The notes: generated by a model from the sequence alone, not told the origin. A DNA stretch of 64,000 bases from Bacillota bacterium (GCA_021793315.1 JAJYSZ010000002.1:14823-78822); one strand, 5' to 3'. Positions 50,716 to 60,775 are shown, counted from the stretch's first letter. Numbers and translations are program-made.

Positions 50716-51423
50716 TCAGTTGCTTCCCGCTTCTTCCAGCCCCTGGGGTGCGGACTCTGGGGGGAGGCTCTGCGCACCGCCTTTCCGGCCCAGGGCGATC
50801 CATACCGGAGGAAAGATCAGCAGGTGCGGTCCCGCGGTACGAACGTCGGAGAACCCGACCTTGCGCAATACATCCGCATATTGGGCAGCGTAGCGCAGGT
50901 CCGAGAGCGCGCAGCGGCCACCCGTCCGCAGCACGCGCGCGATTTCCAGGACCGCCTGGGTGCGTCCCTTGCGATCAGGGATGTTGTGGAGCGCGATGTT
51001 CGAGATGACGACATCGAAGGCGCCATCAGGGAACGGCAGGGAGCGGGCATCTGCCGTCACGATTGTCACACGATCGGCCACGCCCTCCCTTCGGGCATTC
51101 TCCAGCGTGGCCTCGGGGCCATTTCCCGATTGGTCATGCGTACTCCAGATGTCCGCTCCGGTCGCCTTGCCCGTCACGAGCCGGCGCGCGCACGCGTTGA
51201 GCAGGAGGCCTCTGCCGCAGCCCACATCCAGCACCTGATCGCCTTCGTGGATCCAGGCGAGATCGAGAATGCGTTCCCGCTCGCGCAGCTTGCCGACGCG
51301 ACTGCTCCACAGCATGTAAGAGGCCTCGGCGAGGCAAATCACGGCCCCCGCCAGCACGATCCATCCGACCAGGACGGCTGAGGTTTCTGCTGCTTTCAGA
51401 TGCAGGACAAGCCATGCCAGCAC
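50716..51423 (-). CDS. Class I SAM-dependent methyltransferase with an N-terminal membrane anchor
   Basis: SAM motif VLDVGCGRGLL and the acidic DIW.. motif. The N-terminal 35 aa are hydrophobic. Confidence 0.75.
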   Translation of the reverse strand: MLAWLVLHLKAAETSAVLVGWIVLAGAVICLAEASYMLWSSRVGKLRERERILDLAWIHEGDQVLDVGCGRGLLLNACARRLVTGKATGADIWSTHDQSGNGPEATLENARREGVADRVTIVTADARSLPFPDGAFDVVISNIALHNIPDRKGRTQAVLEIARVLRTGGRCALSDLRYAAQYADVLRKVGFSDVRTAGPHLLIFPPVWIALGRKGGAQSLPPESAPQGLEEAGSN

Positions 51424-51813
51424 GAGGCCACGCCGCCCCCTGCCGCCAAGCCACGCACCACCGAAGGGGCGTCGAGTCCATAATGCGGATCCAATCTCTC
51501 TTGTCTTATGACCTCATTCATCCTTCCGTCCGGGATACGCGCCATGCCGACCAGGGCGTGTCGTCCCCCGGCAAGGCCGGGAACCCTGTCCTACACTCGT
51601 CCCGATGTCTTGACCATACGCGCCCGGGATAGCGGCAACTACTGTCCTCTGGTACGACGCGAGCCTCGCTCTACACTGATAGGGTCTTCGCAGTGCCGTC
51701 GACGCCAGGCGTTCCATCAAGAGATGTGCTGCCTGTGCGACGGGCCCAGGCGGCAGCCGCCCCAGTCGCAGCGAGCAAAGGGGTACGGGGCTGACCGACC
51801 GAAGTTCCTCAGC

Positions 51814-51833
51814 TGTTCACACTGTGTTCACAC
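51814..51833. promoter_or_regulatory. Direct repeat TGTTCACAC (x2, 11-bp period) about 60 nt upstream of the drrA start; candidate OmpR-family response-regulator box
   Basis: Sequence ctgttcacac tg tgttcacac at 51813-51833. Confidence 0.3.
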
Positions 51834-51894
51834 GCGTTGCCCATCCTCAGGGCGAAGAAGCATGAGCCGCCGTAAAGGCAGGAGGGGGACCGAT

Positions 51895-52905
51895 ATGGCC
51901 AAGGGAACAGGCGCGGGCACGCCCGCGATCCGTGCGGAAGGGTTGAAGAAGCGGTTTGGCCGCGTGCACGCCCTGGACGGCATCGACCTCGAGGCCGAGC
52001 AGGGCACGGTACTGGGCCTGCTCGGGCCGAACGGGGCCGGCAAGACGACGGCCGTGCGCATCCTCACGACGCTGCTGCAGCCGGACGCAGGCACGGCGAC
52101 GGTAGCCGGGTTCGACGTGGTGCGGCGGCCGCAGGAAGTGCGCTTGCGCATCGGGCTCGCCGGCCAGCACGCCGCGGTGGATGAATACCTCACAGGGCGC
52201 GGCAACCTCGAGATGGTCGGCCGGCTGTACCACCTGCCCTCGAAGACGGCCCGCCGCCGCGCGGACGAGCTGCTCCAGAGCTTCGACCTGACGGAAGCCG
52301 CCGAACGTGTCGTCAAGACGTACTCGGGTGGCATGCGGCGCCGGCTCGACCTCGCGGCAAGCCTTGTGGCCACGCCGCCGATCGTCTTTCTCGACGAGCC
52401 GACGACGGGTCTCGATCCGCGTAGCCGCGCGGGCATGTGGCAGGTGATCGAGGATCTCCTCGCAGGCGGTACCACCATCCTCTTGACGACGCAGTACCTT
52501 GAGGAGGCGGACCGCCTGGCGGACCGCATCGCGGTGATCGACCAGGGTCGGGTCGTCGCGTCCGGAAGCCCGGAGGAGCTCAAGCGCAGCGTCGGCGGAG
52601 AGCGCGTCGACGTGCAGGTGGTCGAAGGTGCGGGCATGCCAGCGGCCCGGGCGGCGATCGCGCGCGCCGTCGGGAGGGACCCGGACGTGGACCTGGAATC
52701 CCGTCGCCTGACCGTCGAGATCACAGGCGGCGCCCAGGCGCTCACGGAGGTCCTGCGCGAACTTGATCGCGCGGCGATCCCTGTGGCGGACATCGCTTTG
52801 CGCCGTCCCACCCTCGACGAGGTGTTCCTGCGCCTGACGGGTCACGACGCAGGCACCTCAGAGCCGCAAGATGGCGGCACGGGTCTGCAGGCGGAGGTGG
52901 GATAA
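51895..52905 (+). CDS. ABC transporter ATP-binding protein (DrrA-like)
   Basis: An AAAGGCAGGAGGGGGA site precedes the ATG at 51895. Walker A GPNGAGKTT, signature YSGGMRRRL and Walker B FLDEPTTGLD are present. Confidence 0.85.
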   Translation: MAKGTGAGTPAIRAEGLKKRFGRVHALDGIDLEAEQGTVLGLLGPNGAGKTTAVRILTTLLQPDAGTATVAGFDVVRRPQEVRLRIGLAGQHAAVDEYLTGRGNLEMVGRLYHLPSKTARRRADELLQSFDLTEAAERVVKTYSGGMRRRLDLAASLVATPPIVFLDEPTTGLDPRSRAGMWQVIEDLLAGGTTILLTTQYLEEADRLADRIAVIDQGRVVASGSPEELKRSVGGERVDVQVVEGAGMPAARAAIARAVGRDPDVDLESRRLTVEITGGAQALTEVLRELDRAAIPVADIALRRPTLDEVFLRLTGHDAGTSEPQDGGTGLQAEVG

Positions 52906-53747
52906 TGCGCGAGCTGACTCTTGATCGCCCGAGCGGTTCTCCTCTCGGGCAGCTCCTGTGGGTCGCCCGGGACTCCTGGACGGTGGCGCGCCGCCACCTG
53001 ACGCATATCCGCTACATGCCCGAGAAGCTTGCCGATGTCACCATTCAGCCCCTGATCTTCGTCTTCATGTTCGCCTACATCTTCGGCAGTGCGATCGTCG
53101 TGCCAGGCGGCAGCTACCGCGAGTTCCTGATGCCGGGCATCTTCGTCCAGAGCATGGCGTTCGCGTCCATGTCGATCATGGTGGGAATCGTGAACGACAT
53201 GCAGACCGGTGTCATGGATCGCTTCCGCTCACTGCCCATGTCGCGCGCCTCGGTGCTGATCGGCCACACCGGCGCAAACCTGATCGAGGGCGTGCTGGGT
53301 CTTCTCGTGATGGCCGGTGCGGGCCTCCTGGTCGGCTGGCGCCCTGAAATGGGCGTTCTACAGACTCTCGGCGGGTTCGGCCTTCTCCTGCTCTTCGCCT
53401 TCGCCATGAACTGGATCGGCGCGTTCATCGGCCTCCTGCTGCGCAGCGTCGAAGCGGCACAGGGCATCGGCATGGTCGTCATGTTCCCGCTCACCTTCGT
53501 CGCCAACACCTTCGTGCCCACGGGCGGCATGCCGCCCTGGCTGCGAGTCATCGCCAACTGGAACCCGACGAGCGCTGTCGTCACCGCCGCTCGCCAGCTC
53601 CTCGGGAGCGGCACGGCCATGAACACATCCACCGCCATCTGGCCGCTCGCCCACCCGGAGCTCGCCGCCGTGCTCTGGTGCGCGGTCTTGATCGCCGCCT
53701 TCCTCCCTCTCGCCGTGTGGCGTTTCCGCCGCGCCATGGCAAGATGA
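52905..53747 (+). CDS. ABC-2 family permease (DrrB-like)
   Basis: Six transmembrane helices. The start overlaps the upstream stop as TAATG. Confidence 0.8.
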   Translation: MRELTLDRPSGSPLGQLLWVARDSWTVARRHLTHIRYMPEKLADVTIQPLIFVFMFAYIFGSAIVVPGGSYREFLMPGIFVQSMAFASMSIMVGIVNDMQTGVMDRFRSLPMSRASVLIGHTGANLIEGVLGLLVMAGAGLLVGWRPEMGVLQTLGGFGLLLLFAFAMNWIGAFIGLLLRSVEAAQGIGMVVMFPLTFVANTFVPTGGMPPWLRVIANWNPTSAVVTAARQLLGSGTAMNTSTAIWPLAHPELAAVLWCAVLIAAFLPLAVWRFRRAMAR

Positions 53748-54418
53748 CCTCCGTCCTCGTCGTCGATGACGACCAGCACATCCGTCAGCTCCTGCGGCTC
53801 TATCTCGAGCGGGAGGGACTCACCGTGCTCGAAGCCGCGGACGGCGACGAGGCCCTTGCCCTCATGGCGAAGGAGAGCGTGCAGCTCGTGGTGCTCGACC
53901 TGATGATGCCGGGCATGGACGGCTGGCAGCTCTGCCAGGAACTCAGGACAGGCGGCGACTTGCCGATCCTGATGCTGACCGCCAAGGGCGAATCCGCCGA
54001 CAAGGTCCGGGGCTTCGCCCTCGGTGCCGACGACTACCTCGTCAAGCCATTCGACCCGCCGGAACTCGTCGCCCGCGTCAGGGCCCTGCTGCGCCGCTAC
54101 CGCATCGCCGTGTCGCAGGTGGTGGAGATCGGCGCCGTGCACCTCGACGGCCTCACGCATGAGGTGCTGGCCGGTGATCGCCGGGTGAGCCTGCCGCGCC
54201 GGGAGTTCGATCTTCTCTTCCATCTCGGTGCCTACGCGGGCCGCACGCTGACGCGCGACCAGCTGATCGCGCAGATCTGGGGCTACGACTTCGCAGGCGA
54301 CGAGCGTACGGTGGATGTGCACGTCAAGCGCCTGCGGGATCGCTTCCCGGAAGAGGAGAGCGGCTTTCGCATCTGCACCATCCGCGGGCTCGGCTATCGG
54401 CTGGAGGTGTTGGCGTGA
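53744..54418 (+). CDS. OmpR-family response regulator
   Basis: Receiver domain (VLVVDDD...VLDLMMPGMDG...LTAKG) plus a winged-helix domain (RTVDVHVKRLRDRF). ATGA overlap with the upstream stop. Confidence 0.9.
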   Translation: MTSVLVVDDDQHIRQLLRLYLEREGLTVLEAADGDEALALMAKESVQLVVLDLMMPGMDGWQLCQELRTGGDLPILMLTAKGESADKVRGFALGADDYLVKPFDPPELVARVRALLRRYRIAVSQVVEIGAVHLDGLTHEVLAGDRRVSLPRREFDLLFHLGAYAGRTLTRDQLIAQIWGYDFAGDERTVDVHVKRLRDRFPEEESGFRICTIRGLGYRLEVLA

Positions 54419-55548
54419 GCAGGCAGGCGCAGCATGCCCTCCACCGGACGGATCATAGGACGGCACACCGGGCCGGTGCGCCCAATGCCTGGTGGTCGCT
54501 GCTCGGCATCGTGGCGTTCCTTGCCGCCACCATCCTCGCATGGGTAGGAGCCTTCTATGCCTCGAAGGCACTCTATGGCCCCTTGGGTCTGCACCCGTCT
54601 CCGCTCGTAGGCCAGGTGGTCACGTCCCTCCTTGGCATCATCCTGCTCGCGATACCTGCCTTGGTGATCGGCTTCATCGTCCGCCCGCGGGAGGATGCGG
54701 TCTTCCGCTCCGTCCTCGCGGCCATCAGCCGCATCGCGCAAGGCGACTTCAGGACGAGGCTCGATACGGAACTCAGGCGCCACCCCTTCACCCAACTCGT
54801 GCACAGCATCAACGACATGGCGGAAGACCTGCAGCGCATGGAGGTTCTGCGCCAGGAGTTCATCTCCAATGTCTCGCATGAGATCCAGTCGCCGCTCACC
54901 TCGATCGGCGGCTTCGCCCGTGCGCTGCACGACGAGCAGTTGAGCCAGGAGCAGCGGCTCGCATACCTCGAGATCATCGAGACGGAGAGCGAGCGCCTCT
55001 CGAAGCTGAGCGACAACCTGCTCCGCCTCACCGCGCTCGAGGCGGAGAGTCCGCCGCTGGAGCCGAGGAACTACCGCCTGGACGTGCAGCTTCGGCGCGT
55101 CATCCTGGCGGCGGAACCCCAGTGGCAGGCCAAGGACATCGACATGGGGGTGGAGGCGGGCCATCTGACAGTTCGGGCCGATGAGGCACTGACGGAGCAC
55201 GTCTTCGCAAACCTCGTCCACAATGCCGTCAAGTTCACGCCCGCTGGCGGTTCCATTCGGGTGCGTGCCGCCAGAGAGGGCGACGTCGTGGCAATCGAGG
55301 TGAAGGATAGCGGCATCGGCATATCACCCGAGGACCAGGAGCGGATCTTCGAACGCTTCTTCAAGGCCGACCGGTCACGGGCGCGCTCCCTGGGAGGCAG
55401 CGGACTTGGCCTCGCGCTGGCCAAGAAGATCGTGGATCTGCACGGTGGCCGTATAGGTGTGACGAGCCAGCCGGGACGCGGCGCAACGTTCCGCGTCGTG
55501 CTGCCCGAGGCCCCGCCCGATGGCGAAGGCAAAGCCGATCCCCGGTAA
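54415..55548 (+). CDS. Sensor histidine kinase (two transmembrane segments, HAMP, HisKA, HATPase)
   Basis: H-box SHEIQSPLTSI, N-box HNAVKFT, and G-boxes DSGIGI and GGSGLGLA. GTGA overlap with the upstream stop. Confidence 0.85.
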   Translation: MSRQAQHALHRTDHRTAHRAGAPNAWWSLLGIVAFLAATILAWVGAFYASKALYGPLGLHPSPLVGQVVTSLLGIILLAIPALVIGFIVRPREDAVFRSVLAAISRIAQGDFRTRLDTELRRHPFTQLVHSINDMAEDLQRMEVLRQEFISNVSHEIQSPLTSIGGFARALHDEQLSQEQRLAYLEIIETESERLSKLSDNLLRLTALEAESPPLEPRNYRLDVQLRRVILAAEPQWQAKDIDMGVEAGHLTVRADEALTEHVFANLVHNAVKFTPAGGSIRVRAAREGDVVAIEVKDSGIGISPEDQERIFERFFKADRSRARSLGGSGLGLALAKKIVDLHGGRIGVTSQPGRGATFRVVLPEAPPDGEGKADPR

Positions 55549-55626
55549 CCCAGCCCGCACGAGGCCGCGCGTTCGGAACCGGCCCAAATACCACGGTCGA
55601 CTGCCCTTTGTCGTAGCCAGGAAAGG

Positions 55627-56364
55627 ATGGTGATCCCCTTAGCCCTGGAAGGCGGGTTGATCCGCGAACGCTCGTTGCAGGCCGTCTTCTTCGATTTGGC
55701 GGATACGCTCGCGTATCTGTGGGTGCCCAAGTCGCAACGGTTTCCGTTCCTCTGCAAGATGGCCGGTCTGGTCGCCAGTTCGGATGCGGCGGCGGAGGCG
55801 GGCCGCCTCACCTTTCTGAGGACCTGGAGCGGCGAGGAGCCAGGTCCCGTCGAGGGTTCGCTGGGCTGGCGCGGGGGTCTCGGCGCCTATCGCGCCGGAC
55901 TCGTCGCCATGGGCTGCGAAGATGCCGACGCCGGTGCGAAGGTCCTCGCCGACGCGGCCCGCCGTCTTCCGTTCTCCATCTACCCGGATCCCGGCGCGGC
56001 GCATCTCCTTGCCCTGCTCAAGCAGCACGGGCTCCGCCTCGGTGTCCTCTCGAACCACCGAGGCACCTTGCGAGAGAACCTCCTCGCTCTCGACCTCCTG
56101 CCCTACTGCGACGTGGTCCTGGACTCGCATCTCACAGGCATCCGCAAGCCGGACCCGGAAATCTTCCTGATGGCCTGCGAGGCGGCCCACGTTCCGCCAG
56201 ACAAAGCCGCTTTCGTGGGGGGCGAGCCGCTTTCGGACGTCGCAGGGGCCAGGCAGGCAGATCTCCTCCCCATCCTTTTGGATCCGGCTGGGATCTTCCC
56301 ACCGCCGAACGGCGCCGAGGTTACGGTCGCTTCGCTTTCAGACCTGAAACGCGTCTTCTTCTAA
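55627..56364 (+). CDS. HAD-superfamily hydrolase. An alternative TTG start at 55657 follows a GGAAGG site.
   Basis: Motifs VFFDLADTL (DxD), GVLSN, KPDPEIFL and VGGEPLSDV. Confidence 0.75.
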   Translation: MVIPLALEGGLIRERSLQAVFFDLADTLAYLWVPKSQRFPFLCKMAGLVASSDAAAEAGRLTFLRTWSGEEPGPVEGSLGWRGGLGAYRAGLVAMGCEDADAGAKVLADAARRLPFSIYPDPGAAHLLALLKQHGLRLGVLSNHRGTLRENLLALDLLPYCDVVLDSHLTGIRKPDPEIFLMACEAAHVPPDKAAFVGGEPLSDVAGARQADLLPILLDPAGIFPPPNGAEVTVASLSDLKRVFF

Positions 56365-56874
56365 GACTATGGGCTTCCCCCTGCGCTCCGGGCCATCTCC
56401 ACCGGCCGCATGGCGCGCCGCGCGCGCACCTGCAAGATCCACCTCATCGTGCTTGGCAGGCGACGCCACCTGTTCCCCGATGGCGCCCGTCGGCGAGCTC
56501 ACGCTCGCTGAAACCGTGACCGTCCCCACCGGCGTCATCATCGCGACACACCGCCCCGCCTGACCTGAGGGCGGTCTTGAAAGGCGCCGCCGCCCGTCCA
56601 TGAGAGACAGCAGAACTGCCGTGCAGGATGTCTCTTTCTCGTCCTGATGGCCGTGCCCTTGTGCCCGAGGACTCTGCCTTGGCGTATGCGGCAGGCGGCC
56701 CCGCTGAACCGGTAGCTGCGTACGAACAAAGCGTGATCCCGGCGAACGCCCTGCTCGTGACCTCTGGACCTCGCGGGCACGATCCCGTCCCGCCTTGTGT
56801 TGCGTCAGACACAATCTGCACCGTTGACAGGCCGCGGTGCAGTCTAAAGCGCAAACGGCGGCCAGTGCCCGAAG

Positions 56875-57969
56875 TCAGCGGCTAAGGCTGCGATGTAGGA
56901 GCCTTGGACCCGCCGCGAGCACCAATACGAGCCAGATGCCGAGCACCAGCACGTCCCGCCCCAGGTTTTGTGACGAGCCGTAGAGCAGGAGACCGCGCAG
57001 GGCGTCCATGCCGTAGAAGTTCGGAATCACCTCGGCGATGGCGCGCAGCCACCCCGGCAGGAATGCCACCGCCGCGATGCCGCCCGCGAGGAAGAAGAGG
57101 TAGAACGACATGAGCATGGAGGCGGGACCCAAGCGTTCGAAGCTGCGCATCGCCGACGCGAGCCCCACCCCGATCCCGGACCCCACGGCGCTCAGCAGCG
57201 TCATCACCAGGAGAGCGAGCAGGAGGTTCCCTGGCGTGACGCTGCCGAAGAATCCCGCCCATAGCGAGAGTCCCCCGAGCACGACCCCGACGACATCCGC
57301 CGCCACGACGCCGGCCAGCACCTTGCCGATCAGTACAGCCATGGCCGGCGCCGGCGCCAGAAGGAGTTCCTTGACGGTCCCGGACTGCCACTCGTGCACG
57401 GCGGCCATGCCAGCGTTGACGATCCCCGCCTGCAGCAGGAGGAGCACCAGCACGGCGACCATCTGGAAGCCGAGAAAATTGGCGTCCCTGGGCTGCAGGT
57501 CCCGCTCGCCGATGGTGACGCCGCGATGCCTCGGCACCCCAGGTGTCGGTACGTTCCCGAGCGCGTCGGGCAGGTCGCGCAGGAGGTCGTCGGTGAAGTC
57601 GGCATTGAAGTTGCGCACCTGGAGGGTGACGATCGGACTTCCGCCCGCCGCCAGGACCTTCGTGAAGTTCTTCGGCACCGTGAGGACGCCTGCCACCTCG
57701 AGGCGGTCGAACGCCACCTGCGCGGCCCCGGGCGACAGCGGCACGGTGCGGAAGCCGGGATAGGCGGCCAGCGTCCGCGCCGCCTCACGGGCGGGCTTCC
57801 CGTGCCCCCCGCCCACCAGCGCAACCGGCAGGGACCCCACGGCCGCGGACTCCATGAGGAGCGTCAGAAGCAGGATGACGGGCGGCAGCAGGGTCACCGC
57901 CACGACGGCGGGCGAGCGCCAGAAGAGGCCGAGATCCTTGCGCAGCACGGCCAGGATGACGCGCAGCAT
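56875..57969 (-). CDS. ABC-2 family permease
   Basis: 364-aa membrane protein reading MLRVILAVLRKDLGLFWRSP.... The track's longer ORF (to 58497) has an Arg/Ala-rich N-terminal extension that overlaps the next gene. Confidence 0.75.
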   Translation of the reverse strand: MLRVILAVLRKDLGLFWRSPAVVAVTLLPPVILLLTLLMESAAVGSLPVALVGGGHGKPAREAARTLAAYPGFRTVPLSPGAAQVAFDRLEVAGVLTVPKNFTKVLAAGGSPIVTLQVRNFNADFTDDLLRDLPDALGNVPTPGVPRHRGVTIGERDLQPRDANFLGFQMVAVLVLLLLQAGIVNAGMAAVHEWQSGTVKELLLAPAPAMAVLIGKVLAGVVAADVVGVVLGGLSLWAGFFGSVTPGNLLLALLVMTLLSAVGSGIGVGLASAMRSFERLGPASMLMSFYLFFLAGGIAAVAFLPGWLRAIAEVIPNFYGMDALRGLLLYGSSQNLGRDVLVLGIWLVLVLAAGPRLLHRSLSR

Positions 57970-57971
57970 GC

Positions 57972-59078
57972 TCACCACCTCCCCCCGCGCGGCGCGGTGG
58001 CCCGCCTGTAGGCGAGCCCCGCCGCTGCCAGCGAGGCCACGGTCCAGGCGGCGAGCACCGCAATCGCCGTCCCCACCGGCACTGCCAAGGGCCAGTAGCC
58101 GAAGAAGCTGCGCTGGAGGAGCCCGCTCGCGTAGTAGATCGGGAAGACGCGGGCGACCGCCAGGGCTCCCGGGCTCGACCACTCCATCGGCCCGAACGGC
58201 CCGCTCAGGAAGAAGAGCGGTAGCCCCGCCGCGAAGGAGAGCGGCAATACGAGCCGCTGGCTCCGCAGGAGGCTTCCGAGCGCGAGGCCGATGCTGTCGA
58301 AGACGAGCAGCACCGCAAGCAAAGGTCCTATGGAGCCGAGCACGCCCTGGACGGGGACGCCCAGCAGTAGCGCGCCGACGAGCGCGATGAGCCCGCCCGC
58401 GAGCGCCAGGAGAAAGGTCGCCACCAGCTTGCCGAGCAGCACCGGCAGGGCGCCGGCCGGCGAGAGCATCAGCTCGCGGATCGTCCCCGCCTCCCACTCC
58501 CTCGCCATGCCGAGGCCGCCTTGCAGGAGTCCGCCGAGCAGGAGCGCGGCGCTCAGAATGCTGAGCGCGAGGAACGGCAAGAACCCCACCGTCCGCGGGT
58601 AGGTGTAGTGGACCGCCCAGTTCACAGGCTCGGAGGCGGGCAGGTAGGTACGCTGGAAGAGCGCCGCCGCGAGCGCCACCCCTCGCCTCGTGTCGTCGGC
58701 GAAGTCGTGGTTCAGGTTGTCGAGGGTCAGTTGAACCTTGGCCGGCCCGCCCGCCGCCACCTCCGCCGAGAAGGCGCGCGGGATGACGATCATCGCGACG
58801 TCGTGCTGCGAGCGCACCAGCCTGAGCCCAGCCTGCGGCGTCCCTGCAGGGTGCAGCGCAAAGGTGTCCGCCCTGGACAGGGCCTGCACCATGGCAGCGG
58901 CGTACCTGCCCCTGTCCTGGACGACGAGCGCGACGTTCTGCTTCCCGCCGCTCAGGGCGAAGAGGGCCATCAGCACGAGGAAGTTGATCGGCACCGCGAT
59001 GGCGAGCAGGGTGGCAAGCGGCTGCGCGCTGCCCGACCAGATCTCGCGGCGCAGCACCGCGAAGGCCGCCCTGAGCAT
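57972..59078 (-). CDS. ABC-2 family permease (second copy)
   Basis: 368-aa membrane protein. Its ATG overlaps the ATPase stop as ATGA. Confidence 0.75.
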   Translation of the reverse strand: MLRAAFAVLRREIWSGSAQPLATLLAIAVPINFLVLMALFALSGGKQNVALVVQDRGRYAAAMVQALSRADTFALHPAGTPQAGLRLVRSQHDVAMIVIPRAFSAEVAAGGPAKVQLTLDNLNHDFADDTRRGVALAAALFQRTYLPASEPVNWAVHYTYPRTVGFLPFLALSILSAALLLGGLLQGGLGMAREWEAGTIRELMLSPAGALPVLLGKLVATFLLALAGGLIALVGALLLGVPVQGVLGSIGPLLAVLLVFDSIGLALGSLLRSQRLVLPLSFAAGLPLFFLSGPFGPMEWSSPGALAVARVFPIYYASGLLQRSFFGYWPLAVPVGTAIAVLAAWTVASLAAAGLAYRRATAPRGGRW

Positions 59079-60034
59079 CAGTCCCGCACCTGCGCCCCCG
59101 TCAGGCGCAGGAACACTTCGTCCAGGGTGGGTTCGCGCAGCTGGAGACCCCTTAGCTGTACGCCGTACCGGCTGAACGCGGCGAGAAGCCGCGGGATCGC
59201 GTCGTCCTGTCCTTCGCCGCCTTGCAGCCCGAGCCGCACGGCACCTTCCTCCTCCTGCATCTCCGATACCCCGGGCAGAGCCCGCAACTCGGCCAGGAGC
59301 TCGGGAGGCGGAGACCCCTCCGGGCGGATCTCCACCACCTGGCTGCCGTAACGGCGCTTGAGCTCCGCGGGACTCCCCTCCGCCACCAGGCGCCCGCTGT
59401 CGAGGACGCCCATGCGGTCGCAGAGCGCGTCGCCCTCGTCGAGGTAGTTGGTCGTGATGAGCACCGTGCGTCCCTCGGCCCGCATCGCTCGAATGTAGTC
59501 CCAGATCACGTGCCGCGCCTGGACGTCCACGCCGAGCGTCGGCTCGTCGAGGTAGACGAGCTGCGGATCGTGCAGGAGCGCCCGGGCGATCGCGAGGCGC
59601 CGCTTCATGCCGCCGGAGAAGGTGCCGACGCGCGAACGGCGGCGCTCGCTGAGCTGGGCAAGGCTGAGCATGGCGTCGATGCGCCCCTGTACCTTCGCTG
59701 CCGGTACACCGTAGAGTTCGGCGTGGAAGCGCAGGTTGCGCTCGGCGGAGAGTTCCTCGTAGAGCGATGTCTCCTGCGGCACCACGCCGAGCAGGCGATG
59801 CACCGCCGCGCCCTCGCGCCGGGGGTCGTGGCCGAACACGCGCACCCTGCCGCCGGTCGGGACAGTGAGGCCACTGATCGCGTTGATCGTCGTCGTCTTG
59901 CCGCAGCCGTTCGGCCCGATGAGGCCGTAGATCTCGCCCCGCCGCAGATGGAAGGTGAGATCCTTCAGCACGGTGAACGTGCCGAACACCTGCCTCAGAC
60001 CCTCCACCTCAATAGCCCAGTCCTCCGTCGACAC
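59078..60034 (-). CDS. ABC transporter ATP-binding protein (ABC-2 exporter type)
   Basis: Walker A GPNGCGKTT, signature FSGGMKRRL and Walker B YLDEPTLGVD. Likely GTG start at 60034, preceded by GAGGGGGAG. Confidence 0.85.
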   Translation of the reverse strand: MSTEDWAIEVEGLRQVFGTFTVLKDLTFHLRRGEIYGLIGPNGCGKTTTINAISGLTVPTGGRVRVFGHDPRREGAAVHRLLGVVPQETSLYEELSAERNLRFHAELYGVPAAKVQGRIDAMLSLAQLSERRRSRVGTFSGGMKRRLAIARALLHDPQLVYLDEPTLGVDVQARHVIWDYIRAMRAEGRTVLITTNYLDEGDALCDRMGVLDSGRLVAEGSPAELKRRYGSQVVEIRPEGSPPPELLAELRALPGVSEMQEEEGAVRLGLQGGEGQDDAIPRLLAAFSRYGVQLRGLQLREPTLDEVFLRLTGAQVRD

Positions 60035-60623
60035 GCCGCTCCCCCTCTCCCGCTGCGCTCCCGAGGACACCGTAGAGGAACACCCGCTTCAGGACGGCGA
60101 TCAACTCGCCGAGCCCGATCCCGTGCGAACGCAACCATTCCGGCCGTCCCGCCCCCTGCACCGCCGCGATCAGCACGTCGACAGCCAGCGAGGCGTTGAT
60201 GTCGGAGGGCGCCTCACCTCTTTCCTGCGCCGCCCGCAGGAGGTCCGCGTAGCGCCGCATCTGCGTCGAGCGGAACTCCGCAATGCGGGCGAAGATCTGC
60301 GGCGCGTCCCGCTCGAGATCCGCGAGGAAGATCATCGGAGCCGTCGCCAGGAACGTCTCGATGCCCCGCATCACCCGGTCGAAGGTCTCGGCGAAGCCGC
60401 CCCCCGCCGTCATCGCCGCGTCGACGACGGGGCTCAGGCCGGCGACCATCTGCGCCACGACGCCGTCGGCGATCTCTTCCTTGCTCGCGAAGTGCTTGTA
60501 GAGCGTCCGCTTCGACATGCCGCGCCGGTGAGCAATCTCGTCCATGGTGACCGCGCGGTAGCCGCGGCTCGCGAAGAGTTCCTTCGCTGCCGCGAGAATG
60601 GCGGCACGCGCATCGACGTCCAT
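60009..60623 (-). CDS. TetR-family transcriptional regulator (first gene of the ABC-2 operon)
   Basis: N-terminal HTH reads ILAAAKELFASRGYRAVTMDEIAHRRGMSKRTLYKHFASKEEI. The start coordinate has +/-1 nt uncertainty in my indexing. Confidence 0.85.
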   Translation of the reverse strand: MDVDARAAILAAAKELFASRGYRAVTMDEIAHRRGMSKRTLYKHFASKEEIADGVVAQMVAGLSPVVDAAMTAGGGFAETFDRVMRGIETFLATAPMIFLADLERDAPQIFARIAEFRSTQMRRYADLLRAAQERGEAPSDINASLAVDVLIAAVQGAGRPEWLRSHGIGLGELIAVLKRVFLYGVLGSAAGEGERRVDGGLGY

Positions 60624-60643
60624 TGCCAGACCTCCGATCTGGA

Positions 60644-60658
60644 CACCGTGGAAACTAT
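60644..60658. promoter_or_regulatory. Candidate TetR operator: inverted repeat AAACTA-tgg-TAGTTT nested in GGAAAC...GTTTCC, immediately upstream of the TetR start
   Basis: Sequence ggaaactatggtagtttttatggtttcc, read directly. Confidence 0.35.
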
Positions 60659-60775
60659 GGTAGTTTTTATGGTTTCCCTCAACGTATGCCGTGCCGCCCT
60701 GGCTGTCAACGGGCCTTTTCATGCCTGAGGTCGGCGTCGGGGCAAGTCGCCCCGGCTTGCCGATTCCTGGAGCGC

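Noticed and set aside
49716-50803. Minus-strand ORFs 49716..50567, 49909..50430 and 50210..50803
   Set aside because: They are antisense to the GH25 lysozyme and the holin-like ORF, and are Arg/Gly-rich shadows.
56338-56875. Small ORFs in the 510-bp convergent gap, and an AGAGACA...TGTCTCT hairpin at ~56597-56640
   Set aside because: The ORFs lack ribosome-binding sites and motifs. The hairpin has a long 19-nt loop and only a weak T-tract, so I did not call it a terminator.
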